Source: Octopus sinensis
Taxonomy: Eukaryota
Reading direction: 5' to 3'
DNA length: 64,000 bases
NCBI RefSeq assembly: GCF_006345805.1
Contig: NC_043008.1
Span: 62,620,001 to 62,684,000, forward strand
The notes under the pieces are model-generated. The model was given only the letters and a program-made list of their open reading frames with translations. It searched no databases and had not been told where the DNA came from. Shown here one piece after another: positions 52,426 to 64,000 of the stretch. Both the position numbers and the translations under genes were made by a program. Numbering within the stretch: the first letter of the stretch is position 1; each line of letters begins with the position of its first letter.

Positions 52426-52667
52426 GGACAGATCAAAGTAGAATGCAAAGTGTGAAAGGCAGAGAAATGTAGGAGAGAGAGACAGTGTGTAGAGTCGTAC
52501 CAAATCTACAGGAATATGTACTTACATAAGGCCAATGAGGGTACGGACGCCGCTATATATATTATATGTAGAAAAATACAAACTGGGACAAGAACGTAAA
52601 ACATTTAGAAGACGATACAAAAAACACGGACAGGACATTCGGAGCCTTCAATCTTCTGTCAAGAACC
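51721..52667 (-). mobile_element. Non-coding element in (TA)n with a 102-bp direct repeat (51721-51822 and 52566-52667); probable Penelope-like partial tandem
   Basis: ATGTAGAAAAATACAAACTGGGACAAGAACG...CTTCAATCTTCWGTCAAGAACC occurs twice, each preceded by TATATATATTAT. Internal GA-rich tract; CpG-rich. Confidence 0.6.
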
Positions 52668-54709
52668 AAAGAAATAATTAAGATGCTGTTGAATTAGGTA
52701 CTCAAGTTCAGGCACAAGTCAGTCTGGTAATATCCATCTGCATAGCTCGAAGAAGGGTGAATGAAAGTGAGGTGAATTAAAAGCCTGAAGCATAAATACT
52801 TTGACATCCTCATGATTTATTTCCTATATATATGTCACAATATATGGATTCAAGTAATCCGATAGTACTCATAAAACAGTTCCTTAATGTATCATTCAGC
52901 AAAACACAGAGAATATATAGTGATATACAAGAGAAAATGAGAAGGTGTGTATAAAGTCATAAATGACAGAGAAATAGCTTAATGAAATTTTATTTAACAA
53001 TGAGAAGATTCTAATTTCATGACAAATTGTTTTGTAACTTAATAAATAAATTACTTACAAGACTGCATAAGTGCAAAAAATTCTTGAAAGTAAGGCAGAA
53101 TTTAAGCAACGGCCTCAGGTGAAAGAAAGTCTTTGTTAAATTGTAGATTCTTGACGTAACGTTATAGGAATGCAAAGTCAAAATTATAAATTAATAAGAC
53201 CATTTTTTAATAAATTTAAGGGAATTTTAGTAATATAATTAAACAGTAACTAGTAGATATTATTAGTTCAATAAAAGAAAAGAGACATATTTATTACTAA
53301 AAATCTAGAAAATTAAAGTTTTGCTGCTTCTATAGACTGATAATTGGATTTGTCATTTAACTTGGTTTCTATAATTTGATATCCATCCTATTGCAAACCA
53401 CTTTACAGAGTATATTAGGTACATTTTTCATGGTACCAATACCAGAGAGGTTGAATAAAGGGAGCTCATAACTCTGCATTTTCTTCTCATTTGTCAACCT
53501 CTTTAGAGTATATACTGGGTGCATTTCTGTCCAATACATTTTCAATTGTTTGTACAGATAAACAAACACATTCGCAGACCATTTAGTTCCAAAACTATAT
53601 CAATTTTCCAGATGAAATGAAACCACATTATAATCCCTCAATTCACCTCCAAGCAAATAAATATATAAATGCCATGTCTCCAAAACACCAATTAGTGTTA
53701 GAAATATAAATTCAACAAATATGAATTGATATGAAATTCGTGTATATTAAAAGTTTATTAATATTTTGTAGTGGTAAAATAGGATTATTATTTAAGCAAA
53801 ATGCTGTATTAAATGCGAGTTAAATGTGAACTGTGTCATTTAGTTAAATAAAACAGGTACTATGGGGATAATCAATATGGACTTGCAATCAAGGGTTGTA
53901 TGGATTACTATGTTTCGTAGATAACTGTTTCTTTTTTGATTTGTGGAGCTGACGTGTCTTGACATGTGCATAGTGATTGTAATCAAAGTGTTACCCATTC
54001 ATGCAAATGGTTTCACTTGTTTGCAGTTCTCTGTGAAGCATGTCCATCAAAGCATGTTTGAAGCTTAGTGAAAATTATTAGCTTCTTTGAAAAGTGTTGA
54101 GATTTTCGCACCATGAAAAGTACGTTTTTTCCTGAACCCTAGAATTCAGAAAGTTGGTTACTCTGTTTCCAAAGTGTGTAAGTGACCACATTCTACATTA
54201 CCCATGAAAAAGATGTATTAAATTATGTTTTTAGTGCATTTATTTACTGCTGCAGGGAAAAGTGGCTCACAGTTTCAGTTATGAATTTTTAAAGTATTGT
54301 GAAAATTGCACCCAAGATATATTGCATTTTGTAGTATATATTGCATCTTGTCCATTGCAGTCAATAGAATATGATGTACTAAAAGGCAATTACTATGACT
54401 TACTTGTACCAATGTAAACACTTAGATGAAATGGTTGTGGAACTGACACTTCATGGCACAATTATATGTCTCACATACTCCTTTCATGTGCTGGTTATTT
54501 TCAAAGTGAGAAAGAAAATGGCAGGATATTTAGATAACTCAAGTGTTTTAAATTCTTAGACTGTGTAGCACTTTGTGATGTTGAGCAAGGATCTTTATTT
54601 TACATACCTATGCAGCCCTCTTGCCTTTGAGTTGTCCCATTCTGAATGTTCTATTGGATTAAGAATAGGAGGGCCAAGAAACTGTTTATGTTTGCTCATT
54701 TAATTAACT

Positions 54710-54853
54710 TATTTCTTTACTACCCACCAGGGGCTAAACACAGAGAGGACAAACAAGCAGAGACAAACGGATTAAGTCGATTATATCGACCCCAGTGCAT
54801 AACTGGTACTTACTTAATCGACTCTGAAAGGATGAAAGGCAAAGTCGACCTCG
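54710..54853 (-). mobile_element. SINE family C, 5'-truncated monomer
   Basis: TATTTCTTTACTACCCAC...GTCGACCTCG with 7-bp TSD ATTAACT at 54703-54709 and 54854-54860. Confidence 0.85.
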
Positions 54854-55819
54854 ATTAACTAATAGCGCTGTGTGTGTGTGAGTGAGTGTGTGTTGACAGA
54901 TTGGCGTTGATATGATGTCTTCACTGTCTTCATAACCATGCTAAGCTGCTTCCTGTCTTGTCCAGTAAATAATTTCATATTGGATGTACGTAAAGTTTTA
55001 CAATTTCTAACTCTTTGTATTCATTCCTTTAACAGCAAAGTATAGCTGTTGCTTTGTAAAGGATAAAACAATTAATAAAATATATGTGATATATAACATA
55101 TTGTATGACAATAATATAAGTTGAGTTTATAGGAATCATTATCTCCCCATATCCCTGAAACATGTGGAACGAACACTTCTAATGAAATTTTCACCACTTA
55201 TTGGATCATCCTGTCTCATGTTAATATCAACATTGGTAGTTCCTGAAATTTGATGAAGTACCATTATCGTTATTGGCACCATCACCATCACTCTTATTTT
55301 AACTGTTATTGCATTCATATGCTTCAAGTTATGCATTCCTAATTTGATCAGCACGAATCAATGTTCCAATACCATTTCAGGTAATGAGAGAACAGTGTGG
55401 ATTTCAATGTGCATTGCAAATTTTGTAATTTCCGGTGTAGAACTATTGTTCTTCATATCACACCTGCTCTTCGATAGAATATGACATAATAGAGGTGCAG
55501 GTATCTGATGCCCCATTAATGCAAGACATAAGAATCTACCGTGAAGGATAGCATAATATCTAAATGGCAGTCAGAGCAAAACGTTATGCATGAATGACTG
55601 TGTGGTTAAAATATTTGCTTCAGAACTTTGCATTTCCAGGTTCTGTTACAGTAAAGTCATCTTGGGTATGTATCTTCCACTATAACCTCAGGCTGGCAAA
55701 TGCCTTTCAGTGAATTTGGCAGAGAGAAACAGTGCAGAAGTCCATCATACATATGAATGTTTTTGTCTGTGTGAAACAGAAAAAAAAAGCAGCAAGTAAA
55801 TCAAATGAATTTAAATACC

Positions 55820-56051
55820 TATTTCTTTATTACCCACAAGGGGCTAAACACAGAGGGGACAAACAAGGACAGACATCCAGATTAAGTCGATTACATCGAC
55901 CCCAGTGCATAACTGGTACTTACTTAATCGACCCCGAAAGGATAAAAGGCAAAGTCGACCTTAGTGGAATTTGAACCCAGAACGTAACGGCAGACAAAAT
56001 ATGGCTACGCATTTCGCCCGGCATGCTAATGATTCTGCCAGCTCACCGCCA
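55820..56051 (-). mobile_element. SINE family C, full monomer
   Basis: 20-bp TSD TCAAATGAATTTWAATACCT at 55801-55820 and 56056-56075. Confidence 0.9.
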
Positions 56052-57030
56052 TCAGTCAAATGAATTTTAATACCTGCAACATTTTTGTCTCATCATCTAC
56101 TAAAGACAAATGAACAGCAACAGAATTTGATCTTGAGCTATGATTCTAAATATTGGACACCTTGCTATTGTTTCTATATCTCTTGTACATCATCTTCCTT
56201 CTCATTACCAATTTATGTTCATTTTCTTTTTCATGATTGCAGAGGCTAAATGGAGTTTTCTCCTACATAGTGTATCACTACTTTGATATTGCACCTTTTC
56301 ATTTCCTTTCTGAGATTCAGTTTCTCGAGATCAGCTTTCAAGAATTGTTTATGTATTCTTTCTCCCCAAACCTTTTCCTACAAAAATTCTCATCATTTAC
56401 ATTGGATGGAACTTCACATAATTCACTCCCAATTTAGAAATGCCATACGCCCATTCTAAAATAACATTTAATTTATAATGAACTAGCTCTTCTATATAAG
56501 TTTGGATTTAATTATTTAATATTAATGCAATTTATGTTGTTAATTCTATTTACATAATTTTCAGATAAATCTGCTGCTGTTGTTTATCATATTTATATGA
56601 TTACGCTGTTGTCATACATTTAATTTTACATTGTTTAATATCATCCATTACATAAACAAAAGGTTTTTCCAAATTTCTATTCAAGTTTTAACAGCATCAT
56701 GTGAGTTATCTGTTACATTGAATAATTTTCATTTATGTGTTTTCCCTTCTAACTTATCTAAAATTATTATGCACAATACATTCACATTAAACATACTAGT
56801 TCACAAAGCGTTCAGCACCATATGCAACTCTTGCACTTAATTTTCTAGCTTTTAGTAGAGATTTCAATAAATGTCGTCATTTTTGCACAACAAAAGTGTA
56901 TCATCACACCTCAGAATTTTGTTGCTGTATTACTCTCGTTTTGATCAGTTGCATTAAAATTAGCAATTTGCTCTTAAATGTCCATATTGCAAAATCACAT
57001 ATTCCATCCTGTTGATATTAAATACCATCA

Positions 57031-57560
57031 AAAGGTGGTGAGCTGGCTGAATTGTTAGCACACTTGGCAAAAAGGTTAAGCAGCATTTTGTCTGTCTTTA
57101 TGTTTTAAGTACGAATTCTTCCAAGTTCAACCTTGCTTTTCATCCTTTCAAGGTCAGTAAATTGAGTTTTCATTTCCTTCTTGAGCCATTCCTGGCTCAT
57201 AGGGGCCAGTTTCCCAGTTTTCTTGGTGTATAGGTTCCCCACCTGGATGGGACACCAGTCCATCGCATGTGAGCTGCAAGATGCAGGAGGAAAGAGTGAG
57301 AGAATGTTGTGGTGGAAGACTCAACAGAAGTTCGCAATTACCTTCTGCCAGAGCTGCGTGGAGCTTAGGTGTTTCGCTCATAAACACACACATCGCCCGG
57401 TCTGAGATTGGAACCCGTGATCCCTCAACTGCGAGTCTACTGCTCTAACCACTAGCCCATGTGCCTCCACAGTAAATTGAGTACCAGTTGAGCACTGGGC
57501 TGGATCTTATTGACCTATCCCTCCGCCAAAATTTCTAGCTTTTGCCAAAACTTAAAACCG
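57031..57560 (+). mobile_element. Old SINE C containing a SINE B variant (57168-57469, minus)
   Basis: 13-bp TSD CAGTAAATTGAGT at 57155-57167 and 57470-57482. Confidence 0.85.
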
Positions 57561-57882
57561 ATACTAAATACTGTTATAAAAAATTGGTCTGCTAACAACT
57601 TATATGTCTTGTGGAAATTTAGTAGCCCCATGGAAAAAGCTATTTGGCTGTTTGACAGATTATAACTTCCAGCATTTATATGTTCCGTGTTTGAAGTTTT
57701 AAATATTATCCACAGAATTCCATGTTTAACATAATTATGATGGTACATTATCATAAATTCCAGTTTGCAGAAGAATTTCCAATGACTGACTTTGCTTTTG
57801 AAACAAAATTATATTCTGAGGATTGATTATATTCTAGTACAAGCCTTAACCATGCAGTATAAAAAGGATTTATACATATATA

Positions 57883-58119
57883 CAGGCTAAGTCAAAAGTA
57901 GCACCCAGTTTCTGGGAAGCCGTGACTTGCTTTTTTGTTTTCCAGGTTATTACTGACAGCTTTGGAAGCTACTAAATCTGGATTATGTATCATGTTGTTA
58001 ATAATCTTTAGTATCCAAACTCGTAAAACAAGAATTAGGAGTCAGAAGTAACTCCAAAATAAGAAGTTATATATATCAGCCTTAAAATAAGAATTGAGCA
58101 CAACTTTTGACTCACCCTA
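57883..58119. mobile_element. Tc1-like MITE
   Basis: TA|CAGGCTAAGTCAAAAGTAG ... CAACTTTTGACTCACCCTA|TA are degenerate TIRs. Confidence 0.55.
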
Positions 58120-58124
58120 TACAT

Positions 58125-58159
58125 ATAAACATATATATATGTATATATATATATGTATA

Positions 58160-58252
<93 letters not shown>

Positions 58253-58260
58253 TAAATATA
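58125..58260. repeat. (TA)n microsatellite
   Basis: Read directly. Confidence 0.95.
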
Positions 58261-58399
58261 CATGTGCATGTGTGTGTGGAGCGTGTGTATATATGTATGT
58301 ATGCATATATATATACTGCTTTAATATTGTTGAATGCTTGAAAGCATTAGGCAAGCTTTAGCTCATTCACAGTTATGCACTAAAATGTTCATTTACTTA

Positions 58400-59340
58400 A
58401 CGTTGAAATAACATTAAAGATTTTCATTCTGTTTTCAGATGGGATTATCATAATGCCCATTCATCTTCTTTTCCCATAAACCACTAATTTTCAAGGTTAC
58501 TTCATAAACATTTGGCAACATTGCCAAAGTGCACGAATAATTATAGGCAAAAATGCGAATATGTAATTAGGTTATCATAACAGTATGTTCTGATTCTACC
58601 TCTGGTGAATGCCCTGTCTTTTAAACTCACTTTGAAATAGATGTAAACATCTACTGGGCAGCTGATTTCAATAACAGACTTCCTACTTTTCAAAACTGAC
58701 CTTAACTGTGCTTGCTTTATAGTCCGAATTGATTGGAACTTGTTCTATCGAAAATTTCCTCCAATATTCTTTACATTGAAAGGTTTGTAGGAATTTTATA
58801 TAACTGATATTTTTCACATTTACCTCTGGCCAACATTTTCTTCAGGATCACATTCTATATTTTATTAGCAATAACATCATACTTGAGAGGAAAAATAATA
58901 CTTTTGAAGATGGTTTAGGGCAGATGCTGCTGCTGTTGTTGTTGTTGTTGTTGCTGCTGCTGTTTCTGCAACTACATGTTATATTCTGGAAAGAAATGTG
59001 AAATGGTCAATATTTTCTGTCACTTCTTCGTGGCTTTGAGGCTTTTATTGATTAGATGTTTTGTAGCTCTCTCTGATCTTAGATCGTAAAAGCATATCCT
59101 TCAAATATGTCAAATATATCAATCACAATAACAAGAAAAAGCTACACTCCTTGTGAGAGAGTAATGTTTTTGAAGCCTTTATGAAGTCTGCCATACACTA
59201 ACTGTGAAAAATATTTTTCAAAATCAAACTTTGATAATCACATAACTGAGATGATAATATTTATCAATTTACAATTCAGGGAAAGAAAATAATTGAGTTT
59301 GGTGCTTCAACCCAGAATAGCATAAACATTGGCTTTTCTC
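58400..59340 (-). mobile_element. Ancient RLE-type (R4-like) LINE C-terminal remnant
   Basis: Minus-strand pieces FEGYAFTI*DQ..ATKHLINK, ENIDH, CPKPSS..PLKYDVIANKI and VIEISCPVDVYI resemble the zinc-knuckle and RLE region. Interrupted by (CAG/CAA)n. Confidence 0.55.
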
Positions 59341-59380
59341 TGTATATTTGATAAATCAAACATGATCAAGAGTAGCAATG

Positions 59381-59794
59381 TTCTTTTCTACTCTAGGCAT
59401 TTTTGGAATTTTGGGGCGAGGAGAGCCAGTCGGTTAGATCGACCCCAGTATGCAACTGGTACTTAATTTATTGACCCTGAAAGGATGAAAGGCAAAGTTG
59501 ACCTCGGCAGAATTTGAATTCAGAACATAAAGACAGATGAAATACCACTAAGCATTTCCCCTGGCATGCTCATGTTTCTTATTTCTTTACTACCCACAAG
59601 GGGCTACACACAGAGGGAACAAACAAGAACAGACAAATGGATAAAGTCGATTTTATTGACCCCAGAGCATAACTGGTATTTATTTAATCGATTCTGAAAG
59701 GAAGAGAGGCAAACTCGACCACGGCGGAATTTGAACTCAGAACATAGCGGCAGACAAAATACGGCATGCTAACGTTTCTGCCAGCTCACCACCT
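59381..59794 (-). mobile_element. SINE C with a second C unit (59580-59762) in its head
   Basis: Outer TSD GAGTAGCAAT at 59370-59379 and 59799-59808. The inner unit is bracketed by GGCATGCTMAYGTTTCT at 59563-59579 and 59763-59779. Confidence 0.8.
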
Positions 59795-59989
59795 AAATGA
59801 GTAGCAATATTAATTCATCACTCAGTCTGTTCAGTATGTTTTCCAATACTGAGGCAATATATGCTTATGGTTAATGTAAATTAGGACTCTTGGTTAATCC
59901 TATAATCCAGAATATACATTATTATGAAATCGATAAGTGCAGCCATAACCAGCTGGTCAAGAAATTAGATTTGATTTGCAATCATGTCA

Positions 59990-60104
59990 TTCCAGTTTCA
60001 ATTTCATAGTCCTGGCTCTTGCACATGTGTCTTTTAATGTAGTCTCAGGTTGACAAATGCCTTGTGAGTGGATTTGGTAGATGAAAACTGACCGAAACCT
60101 GTCG

Positions 60105-60154
<50 letters not shown>

Positions 60155-60400
60155 TGCAGGAGTGACTGTGTGGTAAGAAGCCCATCGTATGTATATATGT
60201 GTGTGTGTGTGTGTGTATGTTTGTGTGTCTGTGTTTGTCCTACTATCATCGCTTGACAACAAATGTTAGTGAGTTTATGACCATACAACTTAGCAGTTCA
60301 GCAAAAGAGACCTATAGAATAAGTATTAAGCTTACAAAGAATAAGTCCTAGTTTCCTGCATGACCGCAGTCACAGGACCGAAACAAATAAAAGAAAAGAA
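59990..60400 (+). mobile_element. Rearranged SINE family A (degenerate head plus a second internally deleted copy)
   Basis: The second head GGTGCAGGAGTGACTGTGTGGTAAGAAG joins directly to CCCATCGTAT, a deletion at AAGAAG microhomology. Confidence 0.7.
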
Positions 60401-61601
60401 TAAACAAATTAAAGAATATAATATATAATATATAACATACATACATACATAGGGTGATTTTTAATTCTAAATAGCTTCTATAGTATCATATTTGGCCTAA
60501 TATACACTGAACCCTTCTTGGATCTCATTTAGTACTATGATATACAAAATCTAATATCAAAGTTTTCTTATTAAATCAGAGCATTTTTACCATTATTTTG
60601 CACAAAAGACTTTAATCAGTTTATGTTGCAAACACCATTTTATTTATAGCAAAATTAAGTTGTTGCTCTAAGTTCTTCCAGTTCTTGATTCTTTTCAAAA
60701 TTAACTGGAATGTATTGGTGGTCTTCATTAACTATATTGTAGTAATCAAAGAGTTAAGTGAAGCTTGCATTCGAACAGAAATTTAATGAAATTTGGATGC
60801 TAACGCCAAATATGTTGAATAAAGATATCAGAAAACTGTTCTTTTGTAAATTATTTACTATAGACATTTTTTCTATAGACATTTAATCTGAATTAGATAC
60901 TTTTGCACCATAATATATCACCAAAAGATGGTGAGGAAATGTAATTTTAAATGCTTTCTTCATGTGCTGATATATTAAAAATCCCAAAACAATATACGGA
61001 TTTAAAAACAATTTTGTTCTGAAGTATTTAAGAGATTTCATTTTCTTATCTGTTCTCTTAAAATAAACTGCTATTTCAGTCTGGACTATTTCACACTGTT
61101 TGACAGAGGACATTATAAGCAACAGTCTGAGAGAGGAAAGAGAAACATGTCTCACTTAACAAATCTATTTGTCTTTTCTGTCTTAAAATTGTGATTATAA
61201 TGTTTAATAATGTTTACATCAAAATTCCAGCTGTTAATTCAGAGTACATATTTGTTCAATGTATAATGTAAATAAAATACATTGATTTATCACATGTAAT
61301 ATACATAGAAGACAATATACATAATTACTTTAATTTGTATTTAGAAAGCATGTTGTGATATTACTCAAACAAGCCAAAATCTTTGAAATATATAATGTAG
61401 GAAAACTAGGATTAACAAAATATGGTTTGATGCGCTTTGAAACCTAATACATTAATACTTGAAAGATTAACTGTTTAGCATCTAAACTGACCCAAACATT
61501 CTTCCTGTCTCCTTTTCAAAGTGGCCAGATCTGGCCTTTCACACCTACCCTACTATGCTATTCTAAAAATAAATAATCACATCATCAAAATCTCAAAGCT
61601 A

Positions 61602-61936
61602 GGCACTTGTGCCGGTGGCACATGAACAAAACATTTGAGCGAGGTCGTTGCTAGTACTACTGGACTAACTCCTGTGCAGGTGGCATGTAAAAAACACTAT
61701 TTCGAGCATGACCGTTGCCAGTACCGCCAGACTAGCCCTCTTGCAGGTGGCAGGTAAAAGCATCCACCACACTCTTGGAGTTGTTGGCGTTAGGAAGTGC
61801 ATCCAGCTGTAGTAACTCTGCAAGATCAGATTGGAACTTGGTGCAGCTATCTGGTTTGCCAGTCTGCAGTCAAATCGTCCAACACATGCTAGCATGGAAA
61901 GCAGACGGCAAAGGATGATGATGATGATGATGATGA
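61602..61936 (+). mobile_element. RTE-type 3' tail element with (GAT)n tail
   Basis: GTGCCGGTGGCAC units, GGCGTTAGGAAGTGCATCCAGCTGTAG and GCTAGCATGGAAAGCAGACG(GAT)n. Confidence 0.8.
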
Positions 61937-62139
61937 CAGCAAAAGGATTTCAAATGTTGGCACAAATCCAGTAAATTCAAGAAGTAAGGTCGATTACATT
62001 GACACCCCTACTCAATCAGTACTTATTTTATCAATCCCAGAAGTATAAAAGTCGGAGGCAATCTCGGTAGAATTAGAACTCAGAATGTAAAGATGGATGA
62101 AATGCTGCTAAGCATTTTACCTGGTGTGCTAACAATTCT

Positions 62140-62740
62140 TATTTCTTTACTGCCCACAAGGGGCTACACACAGAGGTGACAAACAAGGACAGACAAATGG
62201 ATTAAGTCGATTACATCAACCCCAGTGCGTAACTGGTACTTATTTAATCGACCCCAAAAGGATGAAAGGCAAGGTCGGCCTTGGCGGAATTTGAACTCAG
62301 AACGTAAAGACAGACAAAATACCTATTTCTTTACTACCCACAAGGAGCCAAACACAGAGAGGACAAACAAGGACAGACAAACGGATTAAGTCGATTATAT
62401 TGACCCCAGTGCATAACTGGTACTTATTTAATCGACCCCAAAAGGATGAAAGGCAAAGTCGGCCTCGGCAGAATTTGAACTCAGAACGTAAAGACAGACA
62501 AAATACCTATTTCTTTACTACCCACAAGGAGCAAAACACAGAGAGGACAAACAAGGACAGACAAACAGATTAAGTCTATTATATCGACCTCAGTGCGTAA
62601 CTGGTACTTATTTAATTGACCCCGAAAGGATGAAAGGCAAAGTCGACCTTGGCAGAATTTGAACTCAGAACGTAAAGACAGACAAAATACTGCTAAGCAT
62701 TTCACCTGGCGTGCTCACGTTTCTGCCAGCTCACCGCCTT
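62140..62740 (-). mobile_element. SINE family C trimer (head plus 3 x 184 bp) inserted in an older SINE C (~61945-62770)
   Basis: Units at 62140-62323, 62324-62507 and 62508-~62691. TSD TGYTAACAATTCT at 62127-62139 and 62742-62754. Confidence 0.9.
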
Positions 62741-63395
62741 CTGTTAACAATTCTGCCTGCTCACTGGCTTTCAAAGCTAAAGCATAATGCAGGATCAATT
62801 CAAAACAATGTGAATCAATAAAGATTACATTTAACAGAGTAACCTGAATGTTAAATGGTTAATGAATATCTCAGTTGCTATAGATTTGTTTCAAGTCTAG
62901 AACACAGTAGATTTTTCCAGTTTTTAGCATTTCCTGATAAGATTATCTGAGAGGATCGCTTCAGAGACAATAAACCATTTTTGTATGACCTTGTAGCAAG
63001 TACAAGGGAAGTCTGGTAAGGAAATGAAATGTTAAATGACATAGTGACTCTTCACTTCTATTACTCAGCTGAAAAAAAAAAAAAAACTTGCAATGCAGTG
63101 TATTACGATTGAAATAATAAAAATTGATACAAACTTCTTTTAGTCTACTGTTGTGTGACATTTTCAAAGCTCATCTTCACATTCATCAAAGGTCAGTACA
63201 CTACTTACAGTCACATTACTTTCAGTTTGTACCACGAACAGAAAATAAAACTAAACTTTATGAACTCTGAGAAAAATGACAAATATCCTGTACATTTCAC
63301 ATACAATGACATATAAGAAATATCTATAATTAGGAAAGTGTCATCCTGCAAATAGAATTATTGACAATTCATGTAATATAACTAGTAAAGGATGA

Positions 63396-63925
63396 AGACC
63401 CCCTTCGTTCATGAATGACCATGGGATTGCACCTAAAAACTTTCCTCTCTGAGACAAAAGTCCAGACAATGTTGTTTATGGAAGGCCAGCATTCACCCAT
63501 GCACACCAGCATCCCACTCCATGCCAAGCGAGTTGGCAAAAACGTTAGCACGCTGGGCGAAATGCGTAGCCATATTTCATCTGCCTTTATGTTCAGGGTT
63601 CAAATTCCGCCGAGGTCGACTTTGCATTTCGGGGTTGATGAATTAAGTACCAGTTGCATACTGGGGTCAATCTAATCGACTGGCCCCTTCCCCAAAAATT
63701 TCAGGCCTTGTGCCTCGAGGAGGAAAGAATATTATATATGGGAAAGACAAAGACTGATACAGCTTGGCACCGGTGACGTTGCAACTCATTTCTACAGCCG
63801 AGTAAACTGGTAGCAACATGAAATAAAGTGTCTTGCTCAAGAACACAACACAGCTTGGTTCAAGAATCAATCTCACTGCCTCATGGTTGCGAGCTTGATG
63901 CTCTAACCAATGAGCTATGTGCCTA
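63396..63925 (-). mobile_element. SINE family D containing a plus-strand SINE C (~63527-63730)
   Basis: The D halves match 30192-30528. The insert reads GCGAGTTGGCAAAAACGTTAGCACGCTGGGCG...GTGCCTCGAGGAGGAAAGAAT. Confidence 0.85.
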
Positions 63926-64000
63926 CTACAACTAGTGCTACATTGCAAAACTAATTATCAGTGGCTATTAATTATGATGGGATTAGGAGCAGAGAAGCTG

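Larger units (their letters stand above)
61472..62858 (-). mobile_element. Degenerate piggyBac-type MITE P1 split by ~1.17 kb of nested retroposons
   Basis: 61472-61601 and 62771-62858 are the reverse halves of P1, with TTAA at both ends. TCAAAGCTA is repeated at both breakpoints. Confidence 0.7.

Noticed and set aside
53369-55560. Short non-repetitive ORFs at 53369-53569 and 55139-55354 (also 34458-34706 and 60883-61155) as host exons
   Set aside because: No recognisable motif or consistent splice pattern; they may be ancient TE debris. Needs BLASTX or RNA-seq.
62140-62691. SINE C multimers as hammerhead retrozymes or per-insertion rolling-circle products
   Set aside because: No CUGANGA core on either strand of the unit, and unit variants are position-specific across two loci.

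Overview
AT-rich, CpG-depleted animal genomic DNA. The SINE, RTE-tail and microsatellite content points to an octopod cephalopod, probably Octopus; this is inferred from recognising repeat families, not from a search. I found no host protein-coding exon, tRNA, rRNA or CRISPR array, and the window looks intronic or intergenic. Almost all ORF-track entries are microsatellite or SINE read-throughs. Contents: (1) about 40 copies or fragments of four tRNA-derived SINE lineages, labelled A-D here, that share and swap modules; (2) remnants of RTE, R4/Dong-type RLE, L1/Tx1 and possibly CR1 LINEs; (3) a young 5'-truncated Penelope-like element with a GIY-YIG domain; (4) four mariner derivatives plus Tc1/Tc2, piggyBac-type TTAA and hAT MITEs; (5) a non-autonomous Helitron with an internal 140-bp triplication. 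Most notable: several degenerate minimal hammerhead-ribozyme folds, mostly in long inverted repeats next to (TA)n; a SINE present as monomer, dimer and trimer with a fixed 184-bp unit and junction; a mariner holding an internal LINE RT fragment between 50-bp direct repeats; and reciprocal multi-layer transposon nesting.
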